A DNA stretch of 64,000 bases from Magnetococcales bacterium (GTDB lineage: Bacteria > Pseudomonadota > Magnetococcia > Magnetococcales > JADFYX01), in NCBI GenBank assembly GCA_015232405.1, contig JADFZS010000001.1, positions 35,322-99,321 on the forward strand. Direction: 5' to 3'. The stretch's first letter is position 1; the number at the start of each line of letters is the position of its first letter. A program made the position numbers and the translations under genes. Below, piece by piece: positions 43,842 to 53,509 of the stretch. Under the pieces are notes generated by a model that saw nothing but the letters and a program-made list of their open reading frames with translations, was not told where the DNA came from and searched no databases.

Positions 43842-44101
43842 ATGTCAAATGGACAAAAACTGCTGCCCGTGATGTTCAATACTGGCAAAAGTGCAAGCCT
43901 GGGTACATTAAAAAGATTAAAGCTCTATTAGCTGATATTCAAAAGAGTCCATACCAAGGGCTGGGCAAGCCTGAGGCACTACTTTATGAGCTTTCAGGTT
44001 TGTGGTCTCGACGTATTAGCAGAGAACACAGGTTGATTTATGAGGTTGTTGATAACAATATAATAGTTTACCAATGCCGTTACCATTACACTGAAAATTA
44101 A
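43838..44101 (+). CDS. yoeB: YoeB/Txe-family mRNA interferase toxin
   Basis: W...A..D..YW...... KI..L..DI...P..G.GKPE.L...LSG.WSRRI...HRL.Y.V....I....C..HY pattern, 87 aa. Confidence 0.9.
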   Translation: MNVKWTKTAARDVQYWQKCKPGYIKKIKALLADIQKSPYQGLGKPEALLYELSGLWSRRISREHRLIYEVVDNNIIVYQCRYHYTEN

Positions 44102-44149
44102 CCTGATAATAGGTCAACTAGCTGAATATTTTAAAGTTTGGGGGTTGTT

Positions 44150-45301
44150 ATGGAGCGTGATCAAGCTATTAAATTTATGTTGGATGCTTTGGCTGGGATG
44201 AAATCCAAAGGTGGGTCCGATCTTTTTATCACTGCAAACTATCCCCCGGCTGCCAAGTTAGATGGTAAAATGACCCCGTTGACCAAGCAGGCGTTGGCCC
44301 CATCAGATACCAGTATGTTGGTGAGGGCCATTATGAATGATCGTCAGATTAAAGAGTTTGACGCAACCAGAGAGTGTAATTTTGCCATCAATCCCAAAGG
44401 TGTTGGACGTTTCAGGGTCAATGCTTTTGTGCAACAGGGCCACTCCGGCATGGTTTTAAGAACCATCACTACCGATATTCCAGACTTTGACGCATTAAAA
44501 CTGCCACCTATTTTAAAAGATGTGGTGCTGAGTAAAACTGGTCTGGTTTTGGTGGTTGGCGGAACCGGTTCCGGTAAATCCACATCTTTGGCAGCCATGT
44601 TGGGGGTGCGAAATAAACAGACCCACGGTCATATTATCACCATTGAAGATCCCATTGAATATGTCCACCCCCATGTCAACTGTATGATCACCCAACGGGA
44701 GGTTGGGGTGGATACCGAGAGTTGGGAAGATGCCCTTAAAAATACTCTGCGTCAGGCCCCGGATGTTATACTTATTGGTGAAATACGTGAGCAGGAGACC
44801 ATGGAACATGCCATCAACTTTGCTGAGACCGGTCATCTAGCTCTATCCACCCTCCACGCCAACAGTGCCAACCAGACCCTTGATCGTATCATCAATATGT
44901 TTCCCTCGGAAAAACGTCAGCAGTTATTGATGGATCTCTCCCTTAATTTACGGGCTATTGTCTCCCAGCGACTGTTGCGTAAAAAGGGTGGTGGTCGGGT
45001 GGCAGCGGTTGAGATAATGTTAAACTCTCCTCTTATTGCCGACCTTATATTTAAAGGGGATGTTTCCGGTATAAAGGCCATTATGGCGGCCTCAACTGAA
45101 ATTGGTATGAAAACCTTTGATCAGGCACTGTTTGAACTTTATGAATCGGACCAGATAACCTATGAAGATGCCCTGCGTTCTTCGGACTCTGCCAATGAGC
45201 TGCGTCTCAAGATCAAGTTGGAGGGCAAAGCAGCTAAAGGTAAAGATCCTATGGAGGGGTTGGACGGTCTGTCTCTGGTCAAAAAAGAGGGGGAAGAGTA
45301 A
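44150..45301 (+). CDS. PilT/PilU-family type IV pilus retraction-type ATPase (PilU-like), copy 1
   Basis: GSDLFIT, Walker A GGTGSGKST, DVILIGEIR, TGHLALSTLHAN, and a PilU-like C-terminus (TFDQALFELY...ANELRLKIKL). The PilT AIRNLIRE motif is absent. Confidence 0.85.
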   Translation: MERDQAIKFMLDALAGMKSKGGSDLFITANYPPAAKLDGKMTPLTKQALAPSDTSMLVRAIMNDRQIKEFDATRECNFAINPKGVGRFRVNAFVQQGHSGMVLRTITTDIPDFDALKLPPILKDVVLSKTGLVLVVGGTGSGKSTSLAAMLGVRNKQTHGHIITIEDPIEYVHPHVNCMITQREVGVDTESWEDALKNTLRQAPDVILIGEIREQETMEHAINFAETGHLALSTLHANSANQTLDRIINMFPSEKRQQLLMDLSLNLRAIVSQRLLRKKGGGRVAAVEIMLNSPLIADLIFKGDVSGIKAIMAASTEIGMKTFDQALFELYESDQITYEDALRSSDSANELRLKIKLEGKAAKGKDPMEGLDGLSLVKKEGEE

Positions 45302-45307
45302 CCCATA

Positions 45308-46363
45308 ATGGATATATCTCCATATCTCGATCTAATGATAGAGAAAGAGGCATCGGATCTTTTTTTTACCCCTGGTGCTACACCTAAAATGAAGGTGGAC
45401 GGTGTATTGGCTTCTGTGGGTAAGGAGCTACTAACCAAAGAGCAGACCACCGCTGCGGTAATGGGTATTTTGCAACCGGAGCAGAGTGAATTTTTTAAAA
45501 CCAACCTGGAGATTGATTTTGCTATCGCCCATGGTAGTGCTGGCAGGTTTAGGGTTAACGCCTTTCATCAAAAAGGCAACCCGGCAATGGTGCTGCGGTA
45601 TATCCGCAGTGAAGTACCAAATATCGAAACTTTGAAAGTACCGGAGGTTTTAAAAGATCTTATTTTAAACAAGCGTGGTTTGCTGTTGATGGTGGGGGGG
45701 ACAGGCTCTGGTAAATCAACCACTCTTGCTGCCATGATCGACCACAGAAACAGCACAACAGGTGGTCACATTTTGACCATTGAAGATCCTGTTGAATTTT
45801 TCCATCCCCATAAAAAATCCCTTGTCAACCAACGGGAGTTGGGGCCAGATACCCACTCTTATGCCAACGCTTTAAAAAGCAGTTTGCGAGAGGCTCCCGA
45901 TGTAATATTGATTGGTGAAATTCGTACCCGTGAGACAATGGAGGCAGCTTTGGAGCTGGCAGGAACTGGTCATCTGTGTATATCCACCCTCCACGCCAAT
46001 AACGCCAATCAAGCTTTGACAAGAATAATAAATATGTTTCCCCAGGAGTCCCACAGCCAGCTGTTTATGGATCTCTCCCTCTATTTGCGGGGGATTCTTT
46101 CCCAGCGTCTGGTAAAAAGTTTAGACGGTAAAAGACGAGCAGCAGTTGAAGTGATGATCAACACCCCCCATGTTGCAGAGCAAATTTTAAAGGGTGATGT
46201 GGATAAGGTCAAAGAGGCAATAGCCCAAAGCAGTGAAAAGGGTGTACAATCCTTTGATACTGCCCTTTTGCAGCTTTATAAAGAGGAGGCTATTTCAATG
46301 GAAGAGGCTCTTAACAATGCCGATTCCAGGGCTAATCTAGAGGCTAAAATCCATTTTGCTTAG
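45308..46363 (+). CDS. PilT/PilU-family type IV pilus retraction-type ATPase (PilU-like), copy 2
   Basis: ASDLFFTPG, GGTGSGKST, DVILIGEIR, TGHLCISTLHAN. The AIRNLIRE motif is absent. Confidence 0.85.
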   Translation: MDISPYLDLMIEKEASDLFFTPGATPKMKVDGVLASVGKELLTKEQTTAAVMGILQPEQSEFFKTNLEIDFAIAHGSAGRFRVNAFHQKGNPAMVLRYIRSEVPNIETLKVPEVLKDLILNKRGLLLMVGGTGSGKSTTLAAMIDHRNSTTGGHILTIEDPVEFFHPHKKSLVNQRELGPDTHSYANALKSSLREAPDVILIGEIRTRETMEAALELAGTGHLCISTLHANNANQALTRIINMFPQESHSQLFMDLSLYLRGILSQRLVKSLDGKRRAAVEVMINTPHVAEQILKGDVDKVKEAIAQSSEKGVQSFDTALLQLYKEEAISMEEALNNADSRANLEAKIHFA

Positions 46364-46371
46364 GTGAATGT

Positions 46372-47703
46372 ATGGCAGAAATTTTGGTAGTTGATGATGA
46401 TAGTCAAGCAATTGAACAGACCTGTCGTTTAATATCTGAAATTGGACATACCACAGATTTTTTAGTGGAATCTCGCTATCTGGTTCCCAAATTAGAGGCC
46501 CACAAGGTTGATCTGGTTCTGTTGGATGTAAACATGCCGGATGTCGATGGCCTGACCCTTCTAAAAGAGCTTAAATCCCACCCGGTGCTTGATAAAATTC
46601 CTGTCATCATGGTCACAGGTGAGACTGGTGAAAAGCTGATATCCCAATGTTTTCAATTGGGTGCTGTGGATTTTGTCAATAAACCCATACGTCCGTTGGA
46701 GCTGCAATCACGGGTGAGAATAGCCCTTGAAACCCAGGAACATATCCTTGATATAAAGAAAAAAAATGATGATTTAGCGCAAGCAAAAGCCTTTTCAGAG
46801 ACAATTTTCAACAGCATGGAAGATGTTCTTGTGGTGTTGAACAAAGATGATCTCACTGTTGTGGATGCCAACAAGGTATTTGTTGAAAAGGTTGGGCTGC
46901 CCATCTCTGAAATTGTCGGTGCGCCCTGTTATTTTACCGCTCGGGAGCTGTACCACCCCTGTTACCCCTGTCATGGTCACTCTGATGCCTGCATATTGTC
47001 AGATACCATTCAGAGCGGTATCACCAACGATCAAGAGTTTCAATATGAGCAGGAGAAGGGTGATATACGCTACACAAAAATTATCACTATTCCCATTAAA
47101 CGACCGGGAAAAGATGTTGATAAAATTCTGTTGATAGCAAGAGATGTAACCAAGGCCCGTCTCCTGCAAGATCGTTTGCGCCATCTGGCTTTCCACGATG
47201 TATTAACAGGTCTGCCAAATAGACAGCTTTTTTATGATCGTATAAATCAATCATTAGCCATGAGCCATCGTAAAAATAAAATGATGGCTGTCATGTTTTT
47301 TGATCTCGACCGTTTTAAAAAGGTAAATGATACCCTGGGCCATGATATTGGTGATCTTTTACTGGTTGAGGTGGCGAGCCGTTTAACATCATGTGTAAGA
47401 AAGAGTGACACCATAGCCAGACTGGGTGGGGATGAGTTTACTGCTGTGTTAAACGAGGTGGATAGTGTTGATCAGGTTAAAAAACTTGCCAACAAAATGT
47501 TGAAAAGTCTGGGCAAAAAATTCAATTTGGAAGAGCACACCCTGGTTGTCACCTCCAGTATAGGTATCTCCATGTTTCCCCAAGATGGTGACAACATGGA
47601 GCTGCTGACCAAACATGCTGATAAAGCTCTCTACAAGGCAAAAGGGGCAGGGCGCAACAACGCCCAATTTTACTCTGGCATGTCAGGTAAAAAAGGGCGT
47701 TGA
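46372..47703 (+). CDS. Response regulator receiver - PAS - GGDEF diguanylate cyclase
   Basis: ILVVDDD...LVLLDVNMPDVDG...K receiver, a central PAS-like segment, and a GGDEF domain (RLGGDEFTAV). Confidence 0.9.
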   Translation: MAEILVVDDDSQAIEQTCRLISEIGHTTDFLVESRYLVPKLEAHKVDLVLLDVNMPDVDGLTLLKELKSHPVLDKIPVIMVTGETGEKLISQCFQLGAVDFVNKPIRPLELQSRVRIALETQEHILDIKKKNDDLAQAKAFSETIFNSMEDVLVVLNKDDLTVVDANKVFVEKVGLPISEIVGAPCYFTARELYHPCYPCHGHSDACILSDTIQSGITNDQEFQYEQEKGDIRYTKIITIPIKRPGKDVDKILLIARDVTKARLLQDRLRHLAFHDVLTGLPNRQLFYDRINQSLAMSHRKNKMMAVMFFDLDRFKKVNDTLGHDIGDLLLVEVASRLTSCVRKSDTIARLGGDEFTAVLNEVDSVDQVKKLANKMLKSLGKKFNLEEHTLVVTSSIGISMFPQDGDNMELLTKHADKALYKAKGAGRNNAQFYSGMSGKKGR

Positions 47704-47717
47704 TTTAGCCAGTAGCA

Positions 47718-49598
47718 TTAAAATAAATTCATGAACCAGTTGATAAGTTGTATTGACTCTGTAACTATCCAGTGCACGATTTTGTACAGTAAATAGGCCA
47801 CCAATGGGTATATTATTAGAGAGAGCAAGTCGCCTAGATATTTAATAGACCAACCAAATTTATCGACAAAATAGTCGCTTAATTTATGGATTAACCTTGT
47901 TGGCTCCCACTCTTTAATTGTTCTGGCTTGGTCATCGTCTATAATTTCATCTTTTTTACAGTCAGCAGGATCAATTGCCTTTAGGAATATAGCTCGTTTT
48001 TGTTCACTGGCTTTTTGCACATGTTTACCAAGGGCGTGGTTGGGGAGCATGAAAAACCACATCATATACAGTATAAATGCAAAGAATATCCACGGTTGGG
48101 TGATTGTGGAGAAGTAGATCATGTTTTCCATAAATGCCGGTGCCATACTTATTAAAACATCATTTATGTACTCCATTGCACCCACATAACCAACATCACA
48201 ATCTTTAGTGCAGGTGCGAACTTCTGGCACAATTAACGGCAACAGCATGACCAGCAGTGTTGTTTCGATAAACGCTCGGTAAACCAGCTGCTTTGTTTTT
48301 ACGTAATCGGATAGTTTTTCAGATAATCTGTCCCATTTGGATTTATCAGTGATGATTCTTTCTGTAATTATTTCTGAATCAACAGCTGTTTTGGTAATTT
48401 GAAACTGGTCTGGCAAAAATCCTGGAGCATAGCTATCCGTAGCCCGTTTCATGCGCTCAATAACCGTATTATGAATCTTGATTGTCCCAGGCTTGATCAA
48501 TGGGGTTTCTTGATCAATTCGACAAAGTCCATTTATATCCCTTGGTCCGTAACGGTAGAAAACTCCTAAATTTTTACGGGAGTCAAATAGTTCCCCCTGT
48601 ACATTGGCACTGTAATACACCTCTTCTATGCTACCGGGGTTAAACCTTAAACCGCACTTCTCCGCCCGTTTCATCATCCACTCCAGAGCAACATCTGATA
48701 GTCCTGCCCTTGGGTAGCCACCACCAACGTTTGAGTGTACACCTGCAAACCAAACCTGTTCGATAGTTTTTGGTTTAGGTTTGCCAGCAGCCAAGTTTGG
48801 TCGCTCATCCCAGATAATAGGATGAAATGTACTGCGTTTATCATCAATGGCCAGGGCATGGTAGACATTATCGACTATCAAGTGGGGCTGATAATCGTAG
48901 AACTGATGTGGTGCAATTTTATTGGCACAGTACTCCAGCCTATTGAAAATCCATTTAAAGCCGTTGCTCCAAGCTGGGCTGAAGTTTTTGGGAAAACCCA
49001 AAGCACTCACCGTATCCCAAATACCGAGAAAATGTATCCTTAGCTCGTCATGGGGATAAACCAGATCGCTATCCCACCGTTTTCTACTATCACTCTGGTC
49101 AATATTTGGATCATGTTTTCCCGGTTCACTACGAGGGGGAGCACTGGATTGGTAATAGTCCATTGCCTGGTCTATGCTTTGTTGAAACTTTTTTTCTTCA
49201 AAAACTCCGTTATTTTTAAATTTTTCTCTGTTTATAAGCCCACACCATTGAACCATACCGGTAAAAGCACGGGCTGTGGCGGCACCACGACTAAAACCAA
49301 ATACATATATTTTTTCTCTTATTTCTGGATTTTCATGGTGGGTATAGTTTCTGGCGAGAAACTCATAGAGATCCCGGACATTATTTTTAAATCCCACCCC
49401 CATACCTGCTGATATACTACGGATTATATCATTGTCTTGGGTTCCAACACCATTATCATAAAATGATATCTGATCGGGAGTGGTGGACTGATCTTTGGGA
49501 CGAAGGTCTACAGATTGAAAAATTTTGTATACATTACTGTCATCACCTGAACCACCCTTATTGCCTGTTCCATCGGCACACAGAACTATATTTTTCAT
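47718..49598 (-). CDS. DUF2235 (Tle1-like alpha/beta-hydrolase) domain protein with C-terminal TM helices
   Basis: IVLCADGTGN, SNVYKIF, FYDNGVGT and the nucleophile elbow FGFSRGAATAR. There are three hydrophobic helices in the last 180 aa or so. Confidence 0.8.
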   Translation of the reverse strand: MKNIVLCADGTGNKGGSGDDSNVYKIFQSVDLRPKDQSTTPDQISFYDNGVGTQDNDIIRSISAGMGVGFKNNVRDLYEFLARNYTHHENPEIREKIYVFGFSRGAATARAFTGMVQWCGLINREKFKNNGVFEEKKFQQSIDQAMDYYQSSAPPRSEPGKHDPNIDQSDSRKRWDSDLVYPHDELRIHFLGIWDTVSALGFPKNFSPAWSNGFKWIFNRLEYCANKIAPHQFYDYQPHLIVDNVYHALAIDDKRSTFHPIIWDERPNLAAGKPKPKTIEQVWFAGVHSNVGGGYPRAGLSDVALEWMMKRAEKCGLRFNPGSIEEVYYSANVQGELFDSRKNLGVFYRYGPRDINGLCRIDQETPLIKPGTIKIHNTVIERMKRATDSYAPGFLPDQFQITKTAVDSEIITERIITDKSKWDRLSEKLSDYVKTKQLVYRAFIETTLLVMLLPLIVPEVRTCTKDCDVGYVGAMEYINDVLISMAPAFMENMIYFSTITQPWIFFAFILYMMWFFMLPNHALGKHVQKASEQKRAIFLKAIDPADCKKDEIIDDDQARTIKEWEPTRLIHKLSDYFVDKFGWSIKYLGDLLSLIIYPLVAYLLYKIVHWIVTESIQLINWFMNLF

Positions 49599-49833
49599 AT
49601 TGTCTCTCCGAATTTTTTGTTGGTTAGCAATGCAAAGGAAAGTTATAAACCTCTTCCCTTAGATTTTTTCAATCCAGGCTACTTCCTCAAACTTGGGTTT
49701 TATAATAAGATTTACAGATACTAAAAATAATAACAGACTTCGTCAAGTACTATAAAGCAGTTTAACAATAATTAAAAATGTACAATATAATATGTATAAA
49801 TTACAAATATTGGATACATTTTATTTATTAGTT

Positions 49834-50154
49834 TTATTCAGGTAAGGGGAGTTGAAACGTTTTTAAACTGTTTTTAATCACAGCCAAGGTTTTTTCCTTG
49901 TTGGGTGTTGCAGAGGTAGGGTTGCTTAAGGATGGACCCAATAGGGTGGGTATGTCGGGGGTAGGGGTTTGGAATAGTTTAAAGCTTATGCGGTCTCTGG
50001 GGTTTTTAATTGTGTCATAGGCCCACTCAATCTCTTTGGCTCTTGTGGGAGATGCTGTTTTTGAGTGGATGGCAATGAGACGTTGATAGGCAGCATGTAC
50101 CGCCTCATCATCAGCGTCTGGTTCAATATTTAAAATGTGAAATGGGTTTTTCAT
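49834..50154 (-). CDS. J-like domain protein lacking the HPD motif
   Basis: NPFHILNIEPDADDEAVHAAYQRLIAIHSKT...EIEWAYDTIKNPRDR follows the J-domain helix II/III pattern, but HPD is replaced by HSK. The ATG overlaps the upstream stop (ATGA). Confidence 0.55.
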   Translation of the reverse strand: MKNPFHILNIEPDADDEAVHAAYQRLIAIHSKTASPTRAKEIEWAYDTIKNPRDRISFKLFQTPTPDIPTLLGPSLSNPTSATPNKEKTLAVIKNSLKTFQLPLPE

Positions 50155-52520
50155 TCAAAAAGATCCATGGCTAGTTGCCGTACTGGAGGTTCAATCTTTT
50201 TCTTGGGTTTGCTGGTGGGGCCATCTTCACGGTTCAGGGCTTTATCCACCAGATAGGCCAGGATAAACTCACCACGGCTGGCATATTCACTGTTGGCCAG
50301 TTTTTCCAATAGCAGATCACGCAAGCTGTTCTCAGCCATGTTTTTACGGTTCACGGCAAACTCGACATCAATTAGTTTTTTTAACTTACGGACAAGCTGT
50401 TTTTCCACTAGTTTGGGTATTTTCGCTGGTGAGAGGGCCGATAGGCTCCTGCGACTGCCTTTTGCCGATTGCCCCATAAGTTTATCAATACGATGAGCAG
50501 TTTCGCCATCCCTTCTGCGCACCGCTGTTGGTAGAGCTTCTCGCAAGGCATAAAAATCTTCATCGGATATGCGGTAGGTCTCCCCCCCACATTTGGCATA
50601 TATGTGGTAGAAGAGAAAAGCTGGTTCATCTTTCCACCGTTTAGCAGCTACTTTGGCAAAGATACCTAACAGGGGTAGCTCATTGATGTAATAGAGGTCA
50701 GAGCAGATGGTATCCAGCTCTTTACTGCTGAAATCTTGTTTTGCTGCCTTTTTTAGATACCCTTGCAAAAAGTTGAGGGCTTGGGAGAGCAGAGGATTTT
50801 TATTTTTATAATGTTGTTTCCCAAGGGTGATTACTCTTTTTGTCTCCCTTTTGCTCACAGAACTAGAGCTGTCTTTTTCTAAAAGATCTTTATACCTTTG
50901 TAGTTGGCTATGATCGGGGGAAAAAATCATACCTGCCTCCAGGTATAGGGACAGATGGTAATATGGGCCAACACCAGCAATTTTTTGCCCTGCTATAAGA
51001 GCTGTTGTTGACTCCTCCACATTACCAGCCATAGACTCCAGCAGGGATTGCAGTATATAGACCTCTGCACTCAGGGGTTTACCCACCTGACTATCGTGGG
51101 ACAAAAGAGTTTTTTGCGCCCCTTGTAGTTCACGACGGGCAAGATTCAAGTTGCCGGTTTTAATTTGACTGCGGGCATGTTGCAGTTGTGAGTTTATCTG
51201 GGTGGCTAAAATCTGCCCGTTGTTTGGTTCTAGTTTTTGGGCTTTTTTTGCCAGACCAGCCGCTTTTTTGTATGACTTTTTATCTATTGCCTGCTCACTG
51301 GCAAGCATCAATATGTCGGGATTTTCAGGAAAATGTTTAATAGCCTTGGAGACTAAAAGCTGTAGTCCGGTCTGGTCTTCATCTTGTTGCTGCCAGCGTA
51401 TGAGCCTGATGACCGTTTGGCTATCATCGGGGTCGTGGAGATGGGCCTCCTGGAGATGTTCTATTATGTGGAGCCTTGAAGGCCAGGGGGCGGACTCTTC
51501 CAATGAAGCAAAATGGTTGTGTAGTTGGGCAATGGTGAGGGAGTTTTCATAGCTTTGTTCTTGCTCTGCAAGCAGTTTTAAACATTTTTTCCAGTGGGTG
51601 TTGCTGCGCACCCGATGCTTTTGTTGTTGATGGTGCAGAGCCAACAAACGGGAGTTTTCAAACGGGGTTAAAGCACCTATCTGTTTTTCAACCTTGCTGC
51701 GTTTTTCTAGATTTTCAACCAGTAGATCAAGGTAGATGTCCCGCAACCATGGTCCTGGTAAGGGTGGGGTGTACTCTAAAAGTGCTTTTAAAAATTGAGC
51801 ACTTTTTGTGGTGGTTGATAGTTTGTTGAGCAGTTGTAAAAGGGGTTTGGTAATCCCCATTATCTGGGCGACCAGCTGTTGGTCAGCTTGGGGGATTTGC
51901 ATCAATGCTCGTACCAACGATCTGCCGGAAAGTGTACGTATACCTGCAACTCTAGCCAGATTGGTAAACGGGGAGTTGCCGGGTATCTTGGCAATGGCAC
52001 TGAGCATGGCTTCATTGTCGCCCTGTTTGCTAGCCAGAGATTTAATTATAGTTGCAAACTGCCAATATGGGGAGACAGGCTTGATGATTTCCAGCTGTTT
52101 ATCCAGCTGTTTGTGTTCACCCTGTGTCAAAGCAGCAAGTGTGGCCTTGGCATATTTTAGCTCTTGGCGCAGTGGATGATCTTTGGGTATGCTCTCTTTT
52201 ATTTTTGCTGTGTTGATTAAAAGGTGAGCAGCCAAGAGGGATAGCATACTTTCTGCTAGTTGGGGATGGTTTTTTTGAAGATCTTCTTGATGGCTAAAAT
52301 AGAGTTTGGCTCCCTGTTCAATTTGTTGGCTGTTGATGAGGTAAACCAAAAAAGGGGCCGGGTCTAAAGGTGTTGGTGATAGTCTTTGGGCATGCTCCCA
52401 TAAAACCGCCGCCTCCTTGAAGAGACCAGTAGCTGCAAGCTCGCCACTGCGTTGCAGGTGGGCAGCAGACTGTTTTTTATCATGGGGCCGACCTGTCGTC
52501 TTATTTATAGGTCCAGTCAT
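50151..52520 (-). CDS. Large all-alpha, TPR-like repeat protein, function unknown
   Basis: 789 aa, helical-repeat character, no enzymatic motif seen. Translationally coupled to the J-like gene. Confidence 0.55.
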   Translation of the reverse strand: MTGPINKTTGRPHDKKQSAAHLQRSGELAATGLFKEAAVLWEHAQRLSPTPLDPAPFLVYLINSQQIEQGAKLYFSHQEDLQKNHPQLAESMLSLLAAHLLINTAKIKESIPKDHPLRQELKYAKATLAALTQGEHKQLDKQLEIIKPVSPYWQFATIIKSLASKQGDNEAMLSAIAKIPGNSPFTNLARVAGIRTLSGRSLVRALMQIPQADQQLVAQIMGITKPLLQLLNKLSTTTKSAQFLKALLEYTPPLPGPWLRDIYLDLLVENLEKRSKVEKQIGALTPFENSRLLALHHQQQKHRVRSNTHWKKCLKLLAEQEQSYENSLTIAQLHNHFASLEESAPWPSRLHIIEHLQEAHLHDPDDSQTVIRLIRWQQQDEDQTGLQLLVSKAIKHFPENPDILMLASEQAIDKKSYKKAAGLAKKAQKLEPNNGQILATQINSQLQHARSQIKTGNLNLARRELQGAQKTLLSHDSQVGKPLSAEVYILQSLLESMAGNVEESTTALIAGQKIAGVGPYYHLSLYLEAGMIFSPDHSQLQRYKDLLEKDSSSSVSKRETKRVITLGKQHYKNKNPLLSQALNFLQGYLKKAAKQDFSSKELDTICSDLYYINELPLLGIFAKVAAKRWKDEPAFLFYHIYAKCGGETYRISDEDFYALREALPTAVRRRDGETAHRIDKLMGQSAKGSRRSLSALSPAKIPKLVEKQLVRKLKKLIDVEFAVNRKNMAENSLRDLLLEKLANSEYASRGEFILAYLVDKALNREDGPTSKPKKKIEPPVRQLAMDLFE

Positions 52521-52685
52521 GCAAAATCACACATTATCCAAGATAAGAGCCGATTTTTTTTATATCTCATTAATTATAGCGCAGCTTAGATAATAAACCA
52601 AGGAGCCAAGCTGGGAAGATGTAAGACAGATGGTGTTTTGCCTTTTAAATTTACCGACCACTCTTTTAAGAAATGGAGCAGACAG

Positions 52686-53507
52686 ATGCCAGAGTTACCA
52701 GAGGTAGAGACAATTCGTCGAGGATTGGCTCCACTTTTGATCAAGCAGGAGATAAAAGCTGTAACAACACGTCGCGAAAACCTCCGTTGGCCCATGCCGA
52801 TAAAGGAGCTTGCCGATAATCTTCCCGGTCACACCATTGATGATGTATCAAGACGAGGAAAATATCTGCTAATGCCCATTGGCAGAGGTTCCCTTATTGT
52901 CCATTTGGGGATGTCTGGGGTGTTACGCCACCATAAAAAAAATATCCCCTATGTGAAACATGACCATTTTGATATCGCCTTTAAAAATGGTAGCCATCTG
53001 CGTTTGAACGACCCCAGACGTTTTGGGGCGGTGCTATGGACAAGTGAACCACCTCTAAATCATCCTCTGCTTGCCAAGTTGGGGCCGGAGCCGCTGCTGG
53101 CAGATTTTAATGCAGATTATCTTTATGAGAAAAGTAGAGGAAGAAAAGGGGGTATTAAAAGTTTTTTGATGGATTCTCAAGTGGTGGTGGGGGCTGGAAA
53201 TATCTATGCGGCAGAGTCACTGTTTATAGCAAAGATAAACCCCCTGCGCCCGGCAGGTAAACTCGACAAAAAAGATTGCGAAAAGTTGGTGGCTGCTATT
53301 AAAAAAATATTGCTGGCCTCCATAGAGCTGGGGGGAACCACCCTAAAAGATTTTCGTAACGAAGATGGCAAGCCCGGTTATTTTCAGCAGTCATTAAATG
53401 TCTATGGTCGGGGTGGTGAAGAGTGTGTGGTGTGTGCTGCCACCATAGAACAGTACCGTTCCGGTGGCAGGGCCACAGCTTTTTGTCCCCAATGTCAAAA
53501 AAAATAG
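52686..53507 (+). CDS. mutM: Formamidopyrimidine-DNA glycosylase
   Basis: MPELPEVETIRRGL N-terminus (GGAG upstream), an H2TH region, and a C-terminal zinc finger (CVVC...CPQC). Confidence 0.92.
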   Translation: MPELPEVETIRRGLAPLLIKQEIKAVTTRRENLRWPMPIKELADNLPGHTIDDVSRRGKYLLMPIGRGSLIVHLGMSGVLRHHKKNIPYVKHDHFDIAFKNGSHLRLNDPRRFGAVLWTSEPPLNHPLLAKLGPEPLLADFNADYLYEKSRGRKGGIKSFLMDSQVVVGAGNIYAAESLFIAKINPLRPAGKLDKKDCEKLVAAIKKILLASIELGGTTLKDFRNEDGKPGYFQQSLNVYGRGGEECVVCAATIEQYRSGGRATAFCPQCQKK

Positions 53508-53509
53508 AT

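Noticed and set aside
47703-47718. Convergent gene ends only 14 nt apart; likewise mutM/nadK at 53507-53510
   Set aside because: This is noted as a possible source of overlapping antisense transcripts. Such tight convergent ends are common, and no specific structure is visible. It is not reported as a finding.
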